From positions 480,001 to 544,000 of the forward strand of contig CBDDTI010000746.1 in the NCBI GenBank assembly GCA_965233585.1: a stretch of DNA of 64,000 nucleotides. The letters are read 5' to 3'. This document shows positions 37,681-47,406 of this stretch, in pieces. The notes below the pieces were generated by a model that was not told the DNA's origin, ran no database searches, and worked only from the letters and a program-made list of their open reading frames with translations. Made by a program: the position numbers and the translations under genes. Within the stretch, counting starts at the first letter, position 1. Each line of letters starts with the position of its first letter. Source of the stretch: a bacterium (lineage in GTDB: Bacteria; SAR324; NAC60-12).

Positions 37681-38590
37681 GAAAATATACATGGCATGTG
37701 TATTTTCATTTTCTAGTGCCTTTGCAGTGACAACTTTTCAATCACCATTGATTGATGCACAGAGTCTGTCAAAACGTCTGGGGCAAGTCACGGTCTTGGA
37801 CATACGAAGCCAGAAAGACTACAACAGCTCGCACATTACAGGTGCGGTCAATTCCCCGTATCAAAAATGGAGGGTGAGTAGAAACGGGGTAGTAGGGCTT
37901 TTGCCTGAAGCTGACTATGTGGAAAACCTTATCCAAAAGGCAGGAATTGATGAAACACAATCGGTTGTCGTGGTCTTTGGAAATGTGAAGGGTTCAGACT
38001 TTGGAAGTGCTGCAAGGGTTTACTGGACTCTTAAAGTAGCTGGGCTGACTGACATCGCAATTCTTGACGGAGGCTTCAAAAACTGGCAAGATTCAGGCTA
38101 TGAAACTGATGCACAAGCTGTAACTCCTCAAATCTCCTCCTTTACTCTTGAGAAGTTTGACGATGCTTACTTGACTGATGCGCAAGGAGTTCAAAGCTCA
38201 CAAGGAGACCCTAATGTTGTGCTATTAGATGCAAGACCAGATGACCAATATCAAGGTTACCAGAAGCATTCTAAAGCAAAATACGGAGGCACGATTCCTG
38301 ATTCTCAACAATTTTCGCAATTCAAGGTCTTTGCAGAAGATGGGACGATTGTCAATCAAGCGACTTTGAAAAAACTTGCTCAAGGTTTAAATTTTGATGG
38401 GCAAAAAAGCATCGTGTCTTTTTGTAACACTGGACATTGGGCGGCAACGAACTGGTTTGTGTTTTCTGAACTTTTAAACTATGACGTCAAACTTTATGAT
38501 GGTTCTATGGTAGATTGGACTCATAAAAACTTGGAAGTTGCTAACCAAAAAAATAGACTTCAACTTTGGTGGCATGAGGTCAGCAATTAG
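37652..38590 (+). CDS. Exported two-domain rhodanese/sulfurtransferase
   Basis: Signal peptide; LDIR..HI.GA, AARVYWTL, ILDGG, LLDAR, CNTGHWA active loop, LYDGSM.DW. Confidence 0.92.
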   Translation: MIKKFIQPALKIYMACVFSFSSAFAVTTFQSPLIDAQSLSKRLGQVTVLDIRSQKDYNSSHITGAVNSPYQKWRVSRNGVVGLLPEADYVENLIQKAGIDETQSVVVVFGNVKGSDFGSAARVYWTLKVAGLTDIAILDGGFKNWQDSGYETDAQAVTPQISSFTLEKFDDAYLTDAQGVQSSQGDPNVVLLDARPDDQYQGYQKHSKAKYGGTIPDSQQFSQFKVFAEDGTIVNQATLKKLAQGLNFDGQKSIVSFCNTGHWAATNWFVFSELLNYDVKLYDGSMVDWTHKNLEVANQKNRLQLWWHEVSN

Positions 38591-38593
38591 CCC

Positions 38594-39745
38594 ATGTCTG
38601 TTTTAGCCTCTCTTCAATCAGTCAAGCGACTGAACTTGTACCCGGCTTTTTTGATTCCTGCTTCACTACTGCTTTATGTGGTAGTGGTTGCAGGGGTGCG
38701 AAGCACTTTGCTTATCATCTTGGGTATGATGCTGGGGTTATTTTTTGTCCAAGGCTCTATTGGTTTTACAGTGGCTTGGAGACGTTTCATTGTCTTAAAA
38801 GACCCCAGCGGTATGTTTTTGCAGTGCGTCCTTTTGGCTGTGGGTATGTTTTTGTTCATACCGACACTTTCTTCTTATGAAAGCCTTCAGCCAGCAGTAG
38901 GACCGATTAGTGTCAGTTTACTGATTGGAGCATTTTGCTTTGGCTTTTTTATGCAAATTGCCAACGGCTGTGGTTCTGGTCTTGTGGCAAACGCAAGTAG
39001 CGGGAATCAAACAGTGTTAGCCTTTTTCTTTTTTGCAATAGGAGCGTTTTTAGGGACTTTCCACTTGTCTTGGTGGCTTTCTTTAGGCAGTCTAGGTCAG
39101 GTCATTTTGTACAAAGAAGTAGGGAGTGCTTTGACCCTGATGATACAAAGTTTTGTCCTGCTGTTACTTGCTTTCATAGTGTATTTGAGATGCAAAAACA
39201 CACCTTATGACCTTTGGAAGTATCAAGGTAGAGTCCCCTTGATTTGTGTCGCTTTGGTTGCATTGACATCTTATGCTGTTTTACTGATTAGTGCAGTGCC
39301 TTGGGGAATTGTCTATGGTTTAGGACTTTGGGTTGCTAAAATCGTACAAGCATTGGGATTCTCTGTCACTAGTCTCACGTTTTGGTCTCAAGAAGCAACT
39401 CAAGCCACATTGCAAAATAGTCTTTTGTTAGACAATACTTCACTGACAAATGTTGGTTTTATGGTGGGAATTTGGGCAGTCTCTTATCTGAACAAAGTCA
39501 AAAAGCCGTTGCAATCCACTCAAAACGAGCCAAATGATCTGGAAAGAAGAAAAAAATTATTTAATGTGATTGGTGCATTGGGAGCAGGTTATTTTTCACG
39601 GGTTGCATTTGGTTGTAATATTGGTGCATTATATGGCGGAATCATCAGCAGCAGTTTACATGGTTGGATTTGGTTTGCTGCTGCTTTTTTGGGGAGTGTC
39701 TTAGCTGTCAAAGTGAGACCTTTTTGTGGTATGAAACAGACATAA
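38594..39745 (+). CDS. YeeE/YedE family sulfur-compound (thiosulfate-type) transporter
   Basis: Multi-TM protein with MQIANGCGSG and RVAFGCNIGA motifs, SLHGWIW. Confidence 0.88.
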   Translation: MSVLASLQSVKRLNLYPAFLIPASLLLYVVVVAGVRSTLLIILGMMLGLFFVQGSIGFTVAWRRFIVLKDPSGMFLQCVLLAVGMFLFIPTLSSYESLQPAVGPISVSLLIGAFCFGFFMQIANGCGSGLVANASSGNQTVLAFFFFAIGAFLGTFHLSWWLSLGSLGQVILYKEVGSALTLMIQSFVLLLLAFIVYLRCKNTPYDLWKYQGRVPLICVALVALTSYAVLLISAVPWGIVYGLGLWVAKIVQALGFSVTSLTFWSQEATQATLQNSLLLDNTSLTNVGFMVGIWAVSYLNKVKKPLQSTQNEPNDLERRKKLFNVIGALGAGYFSRVAFGCNIGALYGGIISSSLHGWIWFAAAFLGSVLAVKVRPFCGMKQT

Positions 39746-39750
39746 GCATT

Positions 39751-39945
39751 ATGAAAGTAACGCTTTATTTGATTCCAGCAATGATCCTTGCACTGTTGCT
39801 TTGGGATTTGTTTGATACGGGTGTGAATCCTTACTTGATTCCTCCCCCTTTGGGGTGGATTCAGGATTCAAATATCAATCAAGGTGCGCATTGTAGTCTT
39901 AGTACGCCTGTCAAAAAGTCAGCTGAAGATTTTTTCTTCCGTTAA
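39751..39945 (+). CDS. Small hypothetical membrane/exported protein
   Basis: ATG 5 bp after the YeeE stop; hydrophobic N-terminus; GAHCS. Confidence 0.5.
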   Translation: MKVTLYLIPAMILALLLWDLFDTGVNPYLIPPPLGWIQDSNINQGAHCSLSTPVKKSAEDFFFR

Positions 39946-40046
39946 GAAATAATTCTCTTTCTTTCATGGGGTACCGCTTTGAAAGTTTGTTTTTCAAGTG
40001 GCACTTTTCAAGCATTGTTAAGTGCATAATTGAGGGTTTGTGAACA

Positions 40047-41183
40047 ATGAGTTTGTTCCATGGTGTAGCCACTAGTGAATTTAAAGCATTTCGGGATTCA
40101 ACATACGGGCAATGGTCAGAATCTTTTTTACAGAATCTGTATATGGTTACCCTAGATGCTCTACCATTCCTAGCACTGGGATTTTTTATCGCTGGGCTGT
40201 TAAAATCTTTTGTGCCAGATAAATGGGTGTTACGAGTTCTTGGCAATCCGTCCTCTTGGTTTTTGTCCCCCTTAAAAGGAGCCGTTTTTGGAACGCCCCT
40301 GCCCCTGTGTTCATGCAGTGTGGTTCCTGTAGTTGTGGAATTAAAAAAACAAGGGGCAAACAAAGGATCATTAGTATCGTTTCTAGTATCTGGGCCTGAA
40401 ACAGGGGCGGACAGTTTAAGCCTGTCCTATGCTTTGTTAGGACCGATTATGATGGTTGCAAGATTGTTAAGTGCCTTGGCAACCGCCATTGTAACCGCGT
40501 GGACAGTTATTGTATTGACAGGTAAGCACATGCCCACACACGATACAGAGGACGGGGCATGTTGTACCCGTTCATCCCATGCCCACACACAAGATTCTTG
40601 CCGTCATACTTCCAATGATTCGCCAAAGACTTTATGGTATCGTTTTTTAATGGGGCAACGCTGTGCGTTTACCAATTTATTAGACGATGTGTTTAAATAT
40701 ATGGTGCTAGCACTGATATTTACAGCAGTGATGCGGACATTTGTGCCGGCGACATTCTTGGGACAACATAGTTATGGGTTGTTTCCCATGGCATTGGCGG
40801 TTTTGGTGGCGTTACCTATGTATGTTTGTGCGTCTGCGGCCACGCCTATTGCCGCATGGTTAATTTTATCGGGCATATCTCCCGGGGTAGCATTGGTATT
40901 TATGCTAGCCGGTCCTGCGTCCAATATTGCAACGCTAATGGTTGTTTCCAATATGTTAGGTCGATCAGCAATGATTGTTTATGTTGTGTCCATTAGTGTA
41001 CTGTCCATACTGGCAGGGCAGGCATTAAACACACTAGAAGCCATATACAACTGGAACATTTTATCCCAAACAGGGCAAGGCTATATCTTAAACAAACAAA
41101 TCGCCCTTGCCCTGAGTATATTTATTATCCTATGTGCTATTAAACCCTTACGAAAATATATAGGCAAAACGATTTATGTGTAG
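40047..41183 (+). CDS. DUF318/ArsP-type permease (SO_0444-like metal transporter)
   Basis: GTPLPLCSCSVVP, PETGADS, PMYVCASAATP, GPASNIAT; His/Cys-rich loop. Confidence 0.85.
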   Translation: MSLFHGVATSEFKAFRDSTYGQWSESFLQNLYMVTLDALPFLALGFFIAGLLKSFVPDKWVLRVLGNPSSWFLSPLKGAVFGTPLPLCSCSVVPVVVELKKQGANKGSLVSFLVSGPETGADSLSLSYALLGPIMMVARLLSALATAIVTAWTVIVLTGKHMPTHDTEDGACCTRSSHAHTQDSCRHTSNDSPKTLWYRFLMGQRCAFTNLLDDVFKYMVLALIFTAVMRTFVPATFLGQHSYGLFPMALAVLVALPMYVCASAATPIAAWLILSGISPGVALVFMLAGPASNIATLMVVSNMLGRSAMIVYVVSISVLSILAGQALNTLEAIYNWNILSQTGQGYILNKQIALALSIFIILCAIKPLRKYIGKTIYV

Positions 41184-41282
41184 TGTTATATAATTTATGG
41201 AAAAATAAATAATTCAAAATACTCTAGAGCCTTGATTCTTTTTTGAAAAAGATGAAATGATAATTTTTGACAAAAAACTCAC

Positions 41283-42221
41283 ATGATACCAACACAAAAA
41301 ACTAAAGAAGTCAGGTCTTTGAATCATTTGATAGATGCTTCAGTCCTCAAGCAATTTTATACTCGTTCTGATGTTCCTGCATTGACCTATACTTTTTGCC
41401 ACTTTGGATTGCTAGCCATTGGAGCAGTTTTGATTGATTGGCTGATAGAGACAGGGCAAAGCAGTCCTTTGTTGTGGTTAGTGCTTTTTCTGCATGGAAT
41501 CGTTCTTGTGCATTTATTTGCTCCAATGCACGAGACTTCTCATGCCAGCGCCTTTAAAACTCCTCTTTTGAATAAAATCGTCCTGCATCTGACAGGGTTT
41601 TTACTCTTTATTCCCGGACGTTATTTTACTTTGGAACATCATCGGCATCATGCCTTCACAAATCAACCTGAACACGACCCCGAGTATATTCCCAATGTAG
41701 AAAGCCTGAAAGGATACCTGCTTTACGCAACAGCATTACCCTATTTTCTTGGGATTTTGAAGACTTTTTTGCATACACTCACGGGTCAACTGACAGAAAA
41801 TGAACAAAAATTTATCAAGAGCAAAAATAAAAAACGGGTGATTTTGGAATCATGGGTCATGCTGACAGGCTATGCCATCTTGCTAGGAGGTTCTTTTTAT
41901 TTAGAAAACTCCTTGTTGTTGTGGGTGTGGATTATTCCAAGAATAATGAGCGAACCTGTCATGCGGTTGATTCGTATGAGTGAGCATGTAGATTGTCATT
42001 TCACCAAGGACATTCGTGCCAACACACGCACAACCTACACTTTGAATTGGGTGTCTTCATTGAATTGGAAAATGAACTATCATGCAGAGCATCATGCCGC
42101 TCCCAATATTCCTTTTTTTCGTTTAAAAGATTTACATGGATTGATTGAAGGTGAGTTACAACATCTTGCAAAAGATGGTTATTATATGACTCATCAAGGG
42201 ATCATTCAGAAACGTTTGTAA
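41283..42221 (+). CDS. Fatty acid desaturase family membrane di-iron enzyme
   Basis: His boxes HETSH, HHRHH, HAEHH. Confidence 0.88.
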   Translation: MIPTQKTKEVRSLNHLIDASVLKQFYTRSDVPALTYTFCHFGLLAIGAVLIDWLIETGQSSPLLWLVLFLHGIVLVHLFAPMHETSHASAFKTPLLNKIVLHLTGFLLFIPGRYFTLEHHRHHAFTNQPEHDPEYIPNVESLKGYLLYATALPYFLGILKTFLHTLTGQLTENEQKFIKSKNKKRVILESWVMLTGYAILLGGSFYLENSLLLWVWIIPRIMSEPVMRLIRMSEHVDCHFTKDIRANTRTTYTLNWVSSLNWKMNYHAEHHAAPNIPFFRLKDLHGLIEGELQHLAKDGYYMTHQGIIQKRL

Positions 42222-42269
42222 CCCAAACAGATTGTTCATTTTTATTTTTAACATTCAAAAAAGTTTGAC

Positions 42270-43226
42270 ATGATGATTCATAGTTTAGTAGATGCTTTTC
42301 AAATACTCAGAAATTCTTCCTTCAATGGAGTGCAAGGCTGTTATGCGTTTGAGGGAAGTAGCACTGGCAAGACTGTTGGGATTGGTGTGATGACTCACGG
42401 TAACGAGCCTAGCGGTCTTGCTGGCTTTCAGTACTTTCTTGAAAAGAATGTCAAACCGGAAAGCGGGAGGGTGATTTTTACATTGAACAATCTAAAAGCC
42501 GCAGAGCTTTATTTTGATGACCTTGACAAGCCATCTGCACAAAAAGAAATTTATCGCTTTCTCAATCTCAACATGAACCGATTACCTTGCAACCTAGAAC
42601 CAACAAATGATGAGTATGAAATTGCAAGGATTAAAGAGTTGTTGCCTATCTATGAAACTTTTGATTATGGCTTAGATGTTCACAGCACTCTAAACGATTC
42701 AGAACCTACAATTATCAATATCAGTGACCGCTTAGATCATGGATTGTTTAGGGGATTCCCTCCGCAAATGAAAAAAATCATCTCTAACATTGCCAACATT
42801 CAAATTGGAGTGCCTGTTTCTAAATTGTTTGGAGGTCAAAAACGAAGCATTCCCATTCTTTCAATAGAAACAGGTAGCCATGAAGAACCAACAGCTTTTG
42901 AGACAGCCGTCAGCTGTATTTTGCAATTTTGCAAAAATTGTGGTGTCCTTCCGCAAGAAGAGATGCCAGAGAAGCGAAGTTTTTATGATTATCAAACAAT
43001 CGCCTCTATTTTCTATCCCAAAGAAGATTACTTGACACCAAAAGGGTTTTTGGCATTTGAAGAATTGACTAGGAATCAGGTGCTAGGCATCAACAACCTT
43101 GACCCTCCTGTCCTTTGTCCTGTGGATTGTTTGAATCTTTTTGGAAGAAAGAGGTTGGACAAAAGCCCATCTATTGCTGAAGAGGCGTTTTTCCTGCTTG
43201 ATTTTCCTAAACTAGTTAAGTTGTAA
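42270..43226 (+). CDS. Succinylglutamate desuccinylase/aspartoacylase family (M14) hydrolase
   Basis: HGNE, NMNR, LDVHS, IETGSH. Confidence 0.82.
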   Translation: MMIHSLVDAFQILRNSSFNGVQGCYAFEGSSTGKTVGIGVMTHGNEPSGLAGFQYFLEKNVKPESGRVIFTLNNLKAAELYFDDLDKPSAQKEIYRFLNLNMNRLPCNLEPTNDEYEIARIKELLPIYETFDYGLDVHSTLNDSEPTIINISDRLDHGLFRGFPPQMKKIISNIANIQIGVPVSKLFGGQKRSIPILSIETGSHEEPTAFETAVSCILQFCKNCGVLPQEEMPEKRSFYDYQTIASIFYPKEDYLTPKGFLAFEELTRNQVLGINNLDPPVLCPVDCLNLFGRKRLDKSPSIAEEAFFLLDFPKLVKL

Positions 43227-43282
43227 TGACTGATTCTTGAATGACTTCTATAATTTGAGGCTTTTTCAAAAAAAGCCAGCTG

Positions 43283-43372
43283 ACTGGGCAATGTGGTTGT
43301 TTCCCAGTCAATTTCATTAACTATCATTTGAAAAGGAGAAAAAAATGATAAAACAATTCATACAAGCAGTAC
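43283..43372 (+). repeat. Shared leader cassette copy 2
   Basis: actgggcaatgtggttgtttcccagt...aaaaggagaaaaaaatgataaaacaattcatacaa. Confidence 0.85.
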
Positions 43373-44136
43373 TTAAATCTTTAATGGTGTTCCTAGTTCT
43401 TGGTCTCATCTCAACTTATGCAACTGCTGAAAAATTAAACCAAAAATTGGCAGCGACTCAGGTGATTGATTTGACTCAACCCATGTATGATGGCATGCCA
43501 TATTGGCCAGGAGGAGTCCCTTTTAAAAAGGAACGTCTTGTGGATTATGACCAAGGCTACCAGCTACATCAGTTTACTATGGGAGAAAATACAGGGACAC
43601 ATGTTGATGCCCCTTCTCACTTTGTCAAAGGTCAACACACGATTGACCAAATTCCACTCAATCAGTTAGTTCTACCCATTGCTGTCATTGACGTTCAAAG
43701 ACAAGCCAGAGCCAATGCTGATTATCAACTCACTGTAGAAGAGGTCAAGAAATGGGAGAAGAAGAATGGACAGATTCCCTCTGGCAGCTTGGTTGTTTTA
43801 AATACAGGCTGGCATAAGAAGTTTAAAGACCCTAAAAGTTATGTCAATTTAGATGAAAACAATGTCATGCACTTTCCCGGGTTTTCTGCTGATTCTGCCA
43901 AACTCCTAATCAAACGAAACGTCACAGGCATTGGAATAGACACATTGAGTCTTGATTATGGAATGTCCCAAGACTTTGCAACCCATTTGCTCATGCTTCA
44001 AGCTAACAAATATCAAATAGAAAATATGGCCAATTTAGATGCGTTACCAGAGACAGGTGCCACAGCAGTGATTGGGGTCTTACCAATCAAGGAAGGCTCT
44101 CAAGCACAAGCTAGAATCCTAGCCTTTTTGCCATAA
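43345..44136 (+). CDS. Exported cyclase family protein (kynurenine formamidase-like)
   Basis: ENTGTHVDAPSHF, HFPGFS, GIDTLSLD, IENMANL. Confidence 0.9.
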   Translation: MIKQFIQAVLKSLMVFLVLGLISTYATAEKLNQKLAATQVIDLTQPMYDGMPYWPGGVPFKKERLVDYDQGYQLHQFTMGENTGTHVDAPSHFVKGQHTIDQIPLNQLVLPIAVIDVQRQARANADYQLTVEEVKKWEKKNGQIPSGSLVVLNTGWHKKFKDPKSYVNLDENNVMHFPGFSADSAKLLIKRNVTGIGIDTLSLDYGMSQDFATHLLMLQANKYQIENMANLDALPETGATAVIGVLPIKEGSQAQARILAFLP

Positions 44137-44177
44137 TTTTAACTTTCTCTTCTTATTTGTAAGAAAAGAAAACGTAG

Positions 44178-44266
44178 CTGGGAGATGTGGTTGTTTCCCA
44201 GTCCATTTCATTAACTATCATTTGAAAAGGAGAAAAAAATGATAAAAAAATTCATACAACCATTGC
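44178..44266 (+). repeat. Shared leader cassette copy 3
   Basis: ctgggagatgtggttgtttcccagt...aaaaggagaaaaaaatgataaaaaaattcatacaa. Confidence 0.85.
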
Positions 44267-45054
44267 TGAAAACACTCATCTTGTCAAAGTTGATGCTGGC
44301 AGTTTCAATGCCTGCCTTTGCTCAAAGCAAGTCTGTCATAGATGAGATTATTGAACGTGGCTCAATCCGTGTCGGCATGAGTGCCTTTGTTCCTTGGGCT
44401 TTTTTGAACAAGGAAGGGGAATATGTTGGCTTTGAAGTTGACGTTGCCAAACAGCTGGCAGAGGATTTAGGGGTAGAATTACAGCTTGTGCCAACTGCGT
44501 GGGACGGGATTATTCCTGCCCTACAAACAGGCAAGATGGATGTGATTATTGGAGGTATGAGCGTGACAACTAAACGTAATCTGAAAGTCAACTTTTCCAT
44601 TCCATACGGGGGTGGAGAATACGTCGTGGTTGCCAACATGAAAGACAAAGAGAAGTTCACATCATTGAAGCAATTCAATAGCCGCAAGATTACTCTTGCT
44701 GTCAGACGTGGAGCGATTCCTGCCATACTCGCCAAAAGATTTTTTCCCAAAGCCAAACTTCGTCAATTTGATGATGATGGAATTGCAGCACAAGAAGTCG
44801 CTAATGGCAATGCAGATGCGAGTATTGATAATTCTATGGGAGCATTAGACAGCTTGGAAAACCACAAAGGACAGGTTTATCTGGTAGAAGATGGTGCGAA
44901 TTTGGCGAAGTTGCCTGCCGCTTTTGCTTTGCGAAAAGGAGACATTGAATCCCTCAATGTCTTCAATAATTGGATTCGTATCAACCAAGCCAACGGCTTC
45001 TTGCAAGCAAGGGACGCCTACTGGTTCAAAAGCAGAGATTGGAAAGAGGAATAA
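44239..45054 (+). CDS. Polar amino acid ABC substrate-binding protein (family 3)
   Basis: GFEVDVA, WDGIIPALQTGKMDVIIGGMS.T.KR. Confidence 0.92.
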   Translation: MIKKFIQPLLKTLILSKLMLAVSMPAFAQSKSVIDEIIERGSIRVGMSAFVPWAFLNKEGEYVGFEVDVAKQLAEDLGVELQLVPTAWDGIIPALQTGKMDVIIGGMSVTTKRNLKVNFSIPYGGGEYVVVANMKDKEKFTSLKQFNSRKITLAVRRGAIPAILAKRFFPKAKLRQFDDDGIAAQEVANGNADASIDNSMGALDSLENHKGQVYLVEDGANLAKLPAAFALRKGDIESLNVFNNWIRINQANGFLQARDAYWFKSRDWKEE

Positions 45055-45057
45055 ACA

Positions 45058-45102
45058 GCATGGCTAAACTTTCTTGTCAATCCGCTTGACAAGCTGCCAT
45101 GC
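45058..45102. terminator. Hairpin between convergent genes
   Basis: gcatggc...cttgtcaa / ttgacaag...gccatgc. Confidence 0.5.
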
Positions 45103-45104
45103 AA

Positions 45105-46199
45105 TCAATCAAGTGGCTTGGTCTCACCAATTTTAAAAATTTTTAAATTTTCTGGTGGAATATTCAATGCTTGTGCCGCTTTTTTAAAATCTTCAATAGG
45201 CTCATTGAAGGGGTGTAAACCAAGTTGAATTGTCCCCCAATGAGCAGGCATGAAGTTTTGAGCCTTGAGTTCCAAGCCAATTTTGAGGCAGTTGATGGGT
45301 TCGCAGTGACTGCCTTTCATCACAAAAGAGGGTTTATAAGGAGAGATGGACAAAATAGCCAAATCAAAGGGTCCGTATTTTGCCAGCGATTTGTAATGCG
45401 TGCCATATTCTAAATCGCCACTAAAGAAAATCTTTTTTTGAGTTGAAGCAATAGAAAACCCTGCCCAAAGCGTGTCGTTTTTTTTAAACGGACTTCGCTT
45501 AGACCAATGAATGACAGGCAAGGCAATGATTTGTATGCCTTTTACCTTCGTTTCCTCATACCAGTCTAGCTCAATCACTTGAGCAAAGCCTTTATCCTTA
45601 GCATAAACTCCTAGCTTCAAAGGGACAACGACTGTAATGTTGTCTTTGTTTGGAATTTTTTCCAAAGACGGTAAATCTAAGTGGTCATAATGGCTATGAG
45701 AAATGAGAATGATGTCAATCGGTGGTAAGTCTTCTATTTTAACTCCTGGATCCACGCTTCGTTTAGGACCAAAAGGAGGAACTGGTGTTGCATAATCACT
45801 AAAAAATGGGTCTGTTAAAACAACTTTTCCATCTAAACGAATCAAAGTTGTCATGTGTCCAATCCAAGTGACAATTTCTTGCTCTGTGCCAAAACTTTTG
45901 AGCAATTCTACTGCTGCAGGATAAGGTATGACATGACCCTCTGGAATTTCTATATCATAATCTTCTGTGACCTTATTGATAAAAAATTTACGAAAGCGAT
46001 AGAAAGCAGATACCTCTTCAGCAGGTATGCCACCGGGTAAGTTTCTAAATCCATTGTCAGTATGATGATAAGGTCTTTCTTCTGGAGTCTCTGCAAAAGA
46101 ACAAGAGTTGATGATAAAACCCAATAAAAATACAATTTTAATTTTTGTCAATCTAAATGTCTTTTGACCTGTATTTATTAAAAGTTTAATGAAATCCAT
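45105..46199 (-). CDS. MBL-fold metallohydrolase (NAPE-PLD/RomA-like)
   Basis: TWIGH, LTDPFF, SHSHYDHLD, HWSKR, HWGT. Confidence 0.88.
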   Translation of the reverse strand: MDFIKLLINTGQKTFRLTKIKIVFLLGFIINSCSFAETPEERPYHHTDNGFRNLPGGIPAEEVSAFYRFRKFFINKVTEDYDIEIPEGHVIPYPAAVELLKSFGTEQEIVTWIGHMTTLIRLDGKVVLTDPFFSDYATPVPPFGPKRSVDPGVKIEDLPPIDIILISHSHYDHLDLPSLEKIPNKDNITVVVPLKLGVYAKDKGFAQVIELDWYEETKVKGIQIIALPVIHWSKRSPFKKNDTLWAGFSIASTQKKIFFSGDLEYGTHYKSLAKYGPFDLAILSISPYKPSFVMKGSHCEPINCLKIGLELKAQNFMPAHWGTIQLGLHPFNEPIEDFKKAAQALNIPPENLKIFKIGETKPLD

Positions 46200-46304
46200 T
46201 TTGAATGACCTGCCACAAATGATTTTTTGCGTTTTTTAAGAATTTTTTTAAATGAAGAGGAATTTTGGGGAAGGAAGTATGAGGAGCAACTTATCACAAA
46301 AAAT

Positions 46305-46586
46305 TCATACAAATTTAAACACTAATAGTAAATAGATTGTAGAAAGTACTGTTGCAATCCAAAGAGAAAAATCACTGATTCCGAGCCAAGCCAGGTGAAT
46401 AAAAGCACTTCCTAGTAAAGAAATAAACAAACGATCCCCTCTGGTCGTTTCTATGCCTAATATTCCTTGACGAGGCGAACCACCGGGCACCAAATATTCC
46501 CAAACTCCCATTGCAAACAGCATGAAAGCAATACAAATAAAAAAAGTAGCAGTCTGCCACGTCCAAGACATCCAAGATAAAAACAT
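46305..46586 (-). CDS. DUF2160 small membrane protein (GlpU-like)
   Basis: WMSWTWQTA, TTRGDRLFISLLGSAFIHLAW; last gene of the ABC operon. Confidence 0.85.
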   Translation of the reverse strand: MFLSWMSWTWQTATFFICIAFMLFAMGVWEYLVPGGSPRQGILGIETTRGDRLFISLLGSAFIHLAWLGISDFSLWIATVLSTIYLLLVFKFV

Positions 46587-47387
46587 TCAAACCCTCCCTA
46601 ATGCAAAACCTTTGGCAATGTAGTTTCGGACAAAATAAACCACCAACGCCCCGGGTATAATAGTCAACACCCCTGCCGCAGACAACAATCCAATTTCATA
46701 CCCTGAAGAACTGGCAGTACGAGTCATGGTTGCAGAAATGGGCTTCGCCTCCACAGCAGTCAATGTTTTGGCAAGTAATAATTCTACCCATGAAAACATG
46801 AAGCAAAAGAAGGCTGCCACTGCAATTCCAGAAATGATGGCAGGAATAAAAATTTTGATAAAAAATCGCCAGAACGAATAGCCGTCAATGTATGCCGTTT
46901 CGTCTAGCTCTTTTGGAATCCCAGACATAAAACCCTCCAAAATCCAGACTGCTAGTGGAATGTTAAAAAGAGTGTGAGCCAATGCAACAGCAAGGTGCGT
47001 GTCAAATAATTGCAAAGCTGAATAGAATTGAAAGAAAGGCAATGCAAAGACAGCTGGCGGAGCCATGCGATTGGTGAGCAACCAAAAGAAGAGATGTTTG
47101 TCTCCAATGAAGCGATAACGAGAAAAGGCATAGGCGGCAGGTAATGCAAACGTAACAGAAATGATGGTATTGATGGAGACATAAATCAGAGAATTGACAT
47201 AACCCATATACCATGTTGAATCTGTGAAAATTTTGATGTAGTTATCAAGCGTCCATTCACGGGGAAACAGAGTAAACGTATTCAAAATCTCTCCACTACT
47301 TTTAAAAGACATACTGACCAGCCAATAAATTGGAAGCATCAAAAATAAGATGTACAAAGTCGGAGGAATCCAAACGAATTTTTTCAT
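46587..47387 (-). CDS. Carbohydrate (glycerol-type) ABC permease
   Basis: ELDETAYIDG EAA loop; NRMAPPAVF. Confidence 0.9.
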   Translation of the reverse strand: MKKFVWIPPTLYILFLMLPIYWLVSMSFKSSGEILNTFTLFPREWTLDNYIKIFTDSTWYMGYVNSLIYVSINTIISVTFALPAAYAFSRYRFIGDKHLFFWLLTNRMAPPAVFALPFFQFYSALQLFDTHLAVALAHTLFNIPLAVWILEGFMSGIPKELDETAYIDGYSFWRFFIKIFIPAIISGIAVAAFFCFMFSWVELLLAKTLTAVEAKPISATMTRTASSSGYEIGLLSAAGVLTIIPGALVVYFVRNYIAKGFALGRV

Positions 47388-47406
47388 AATCTGAAACAAG
47401 AGAACA

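Noticed and set aside
37590..44270. Shared leader hairpins as integron attC sites
   Set aside because: No RYYYAAC/GTTRRRY core ends, no integrase, and the homology extends into the RBS and coding sequence.
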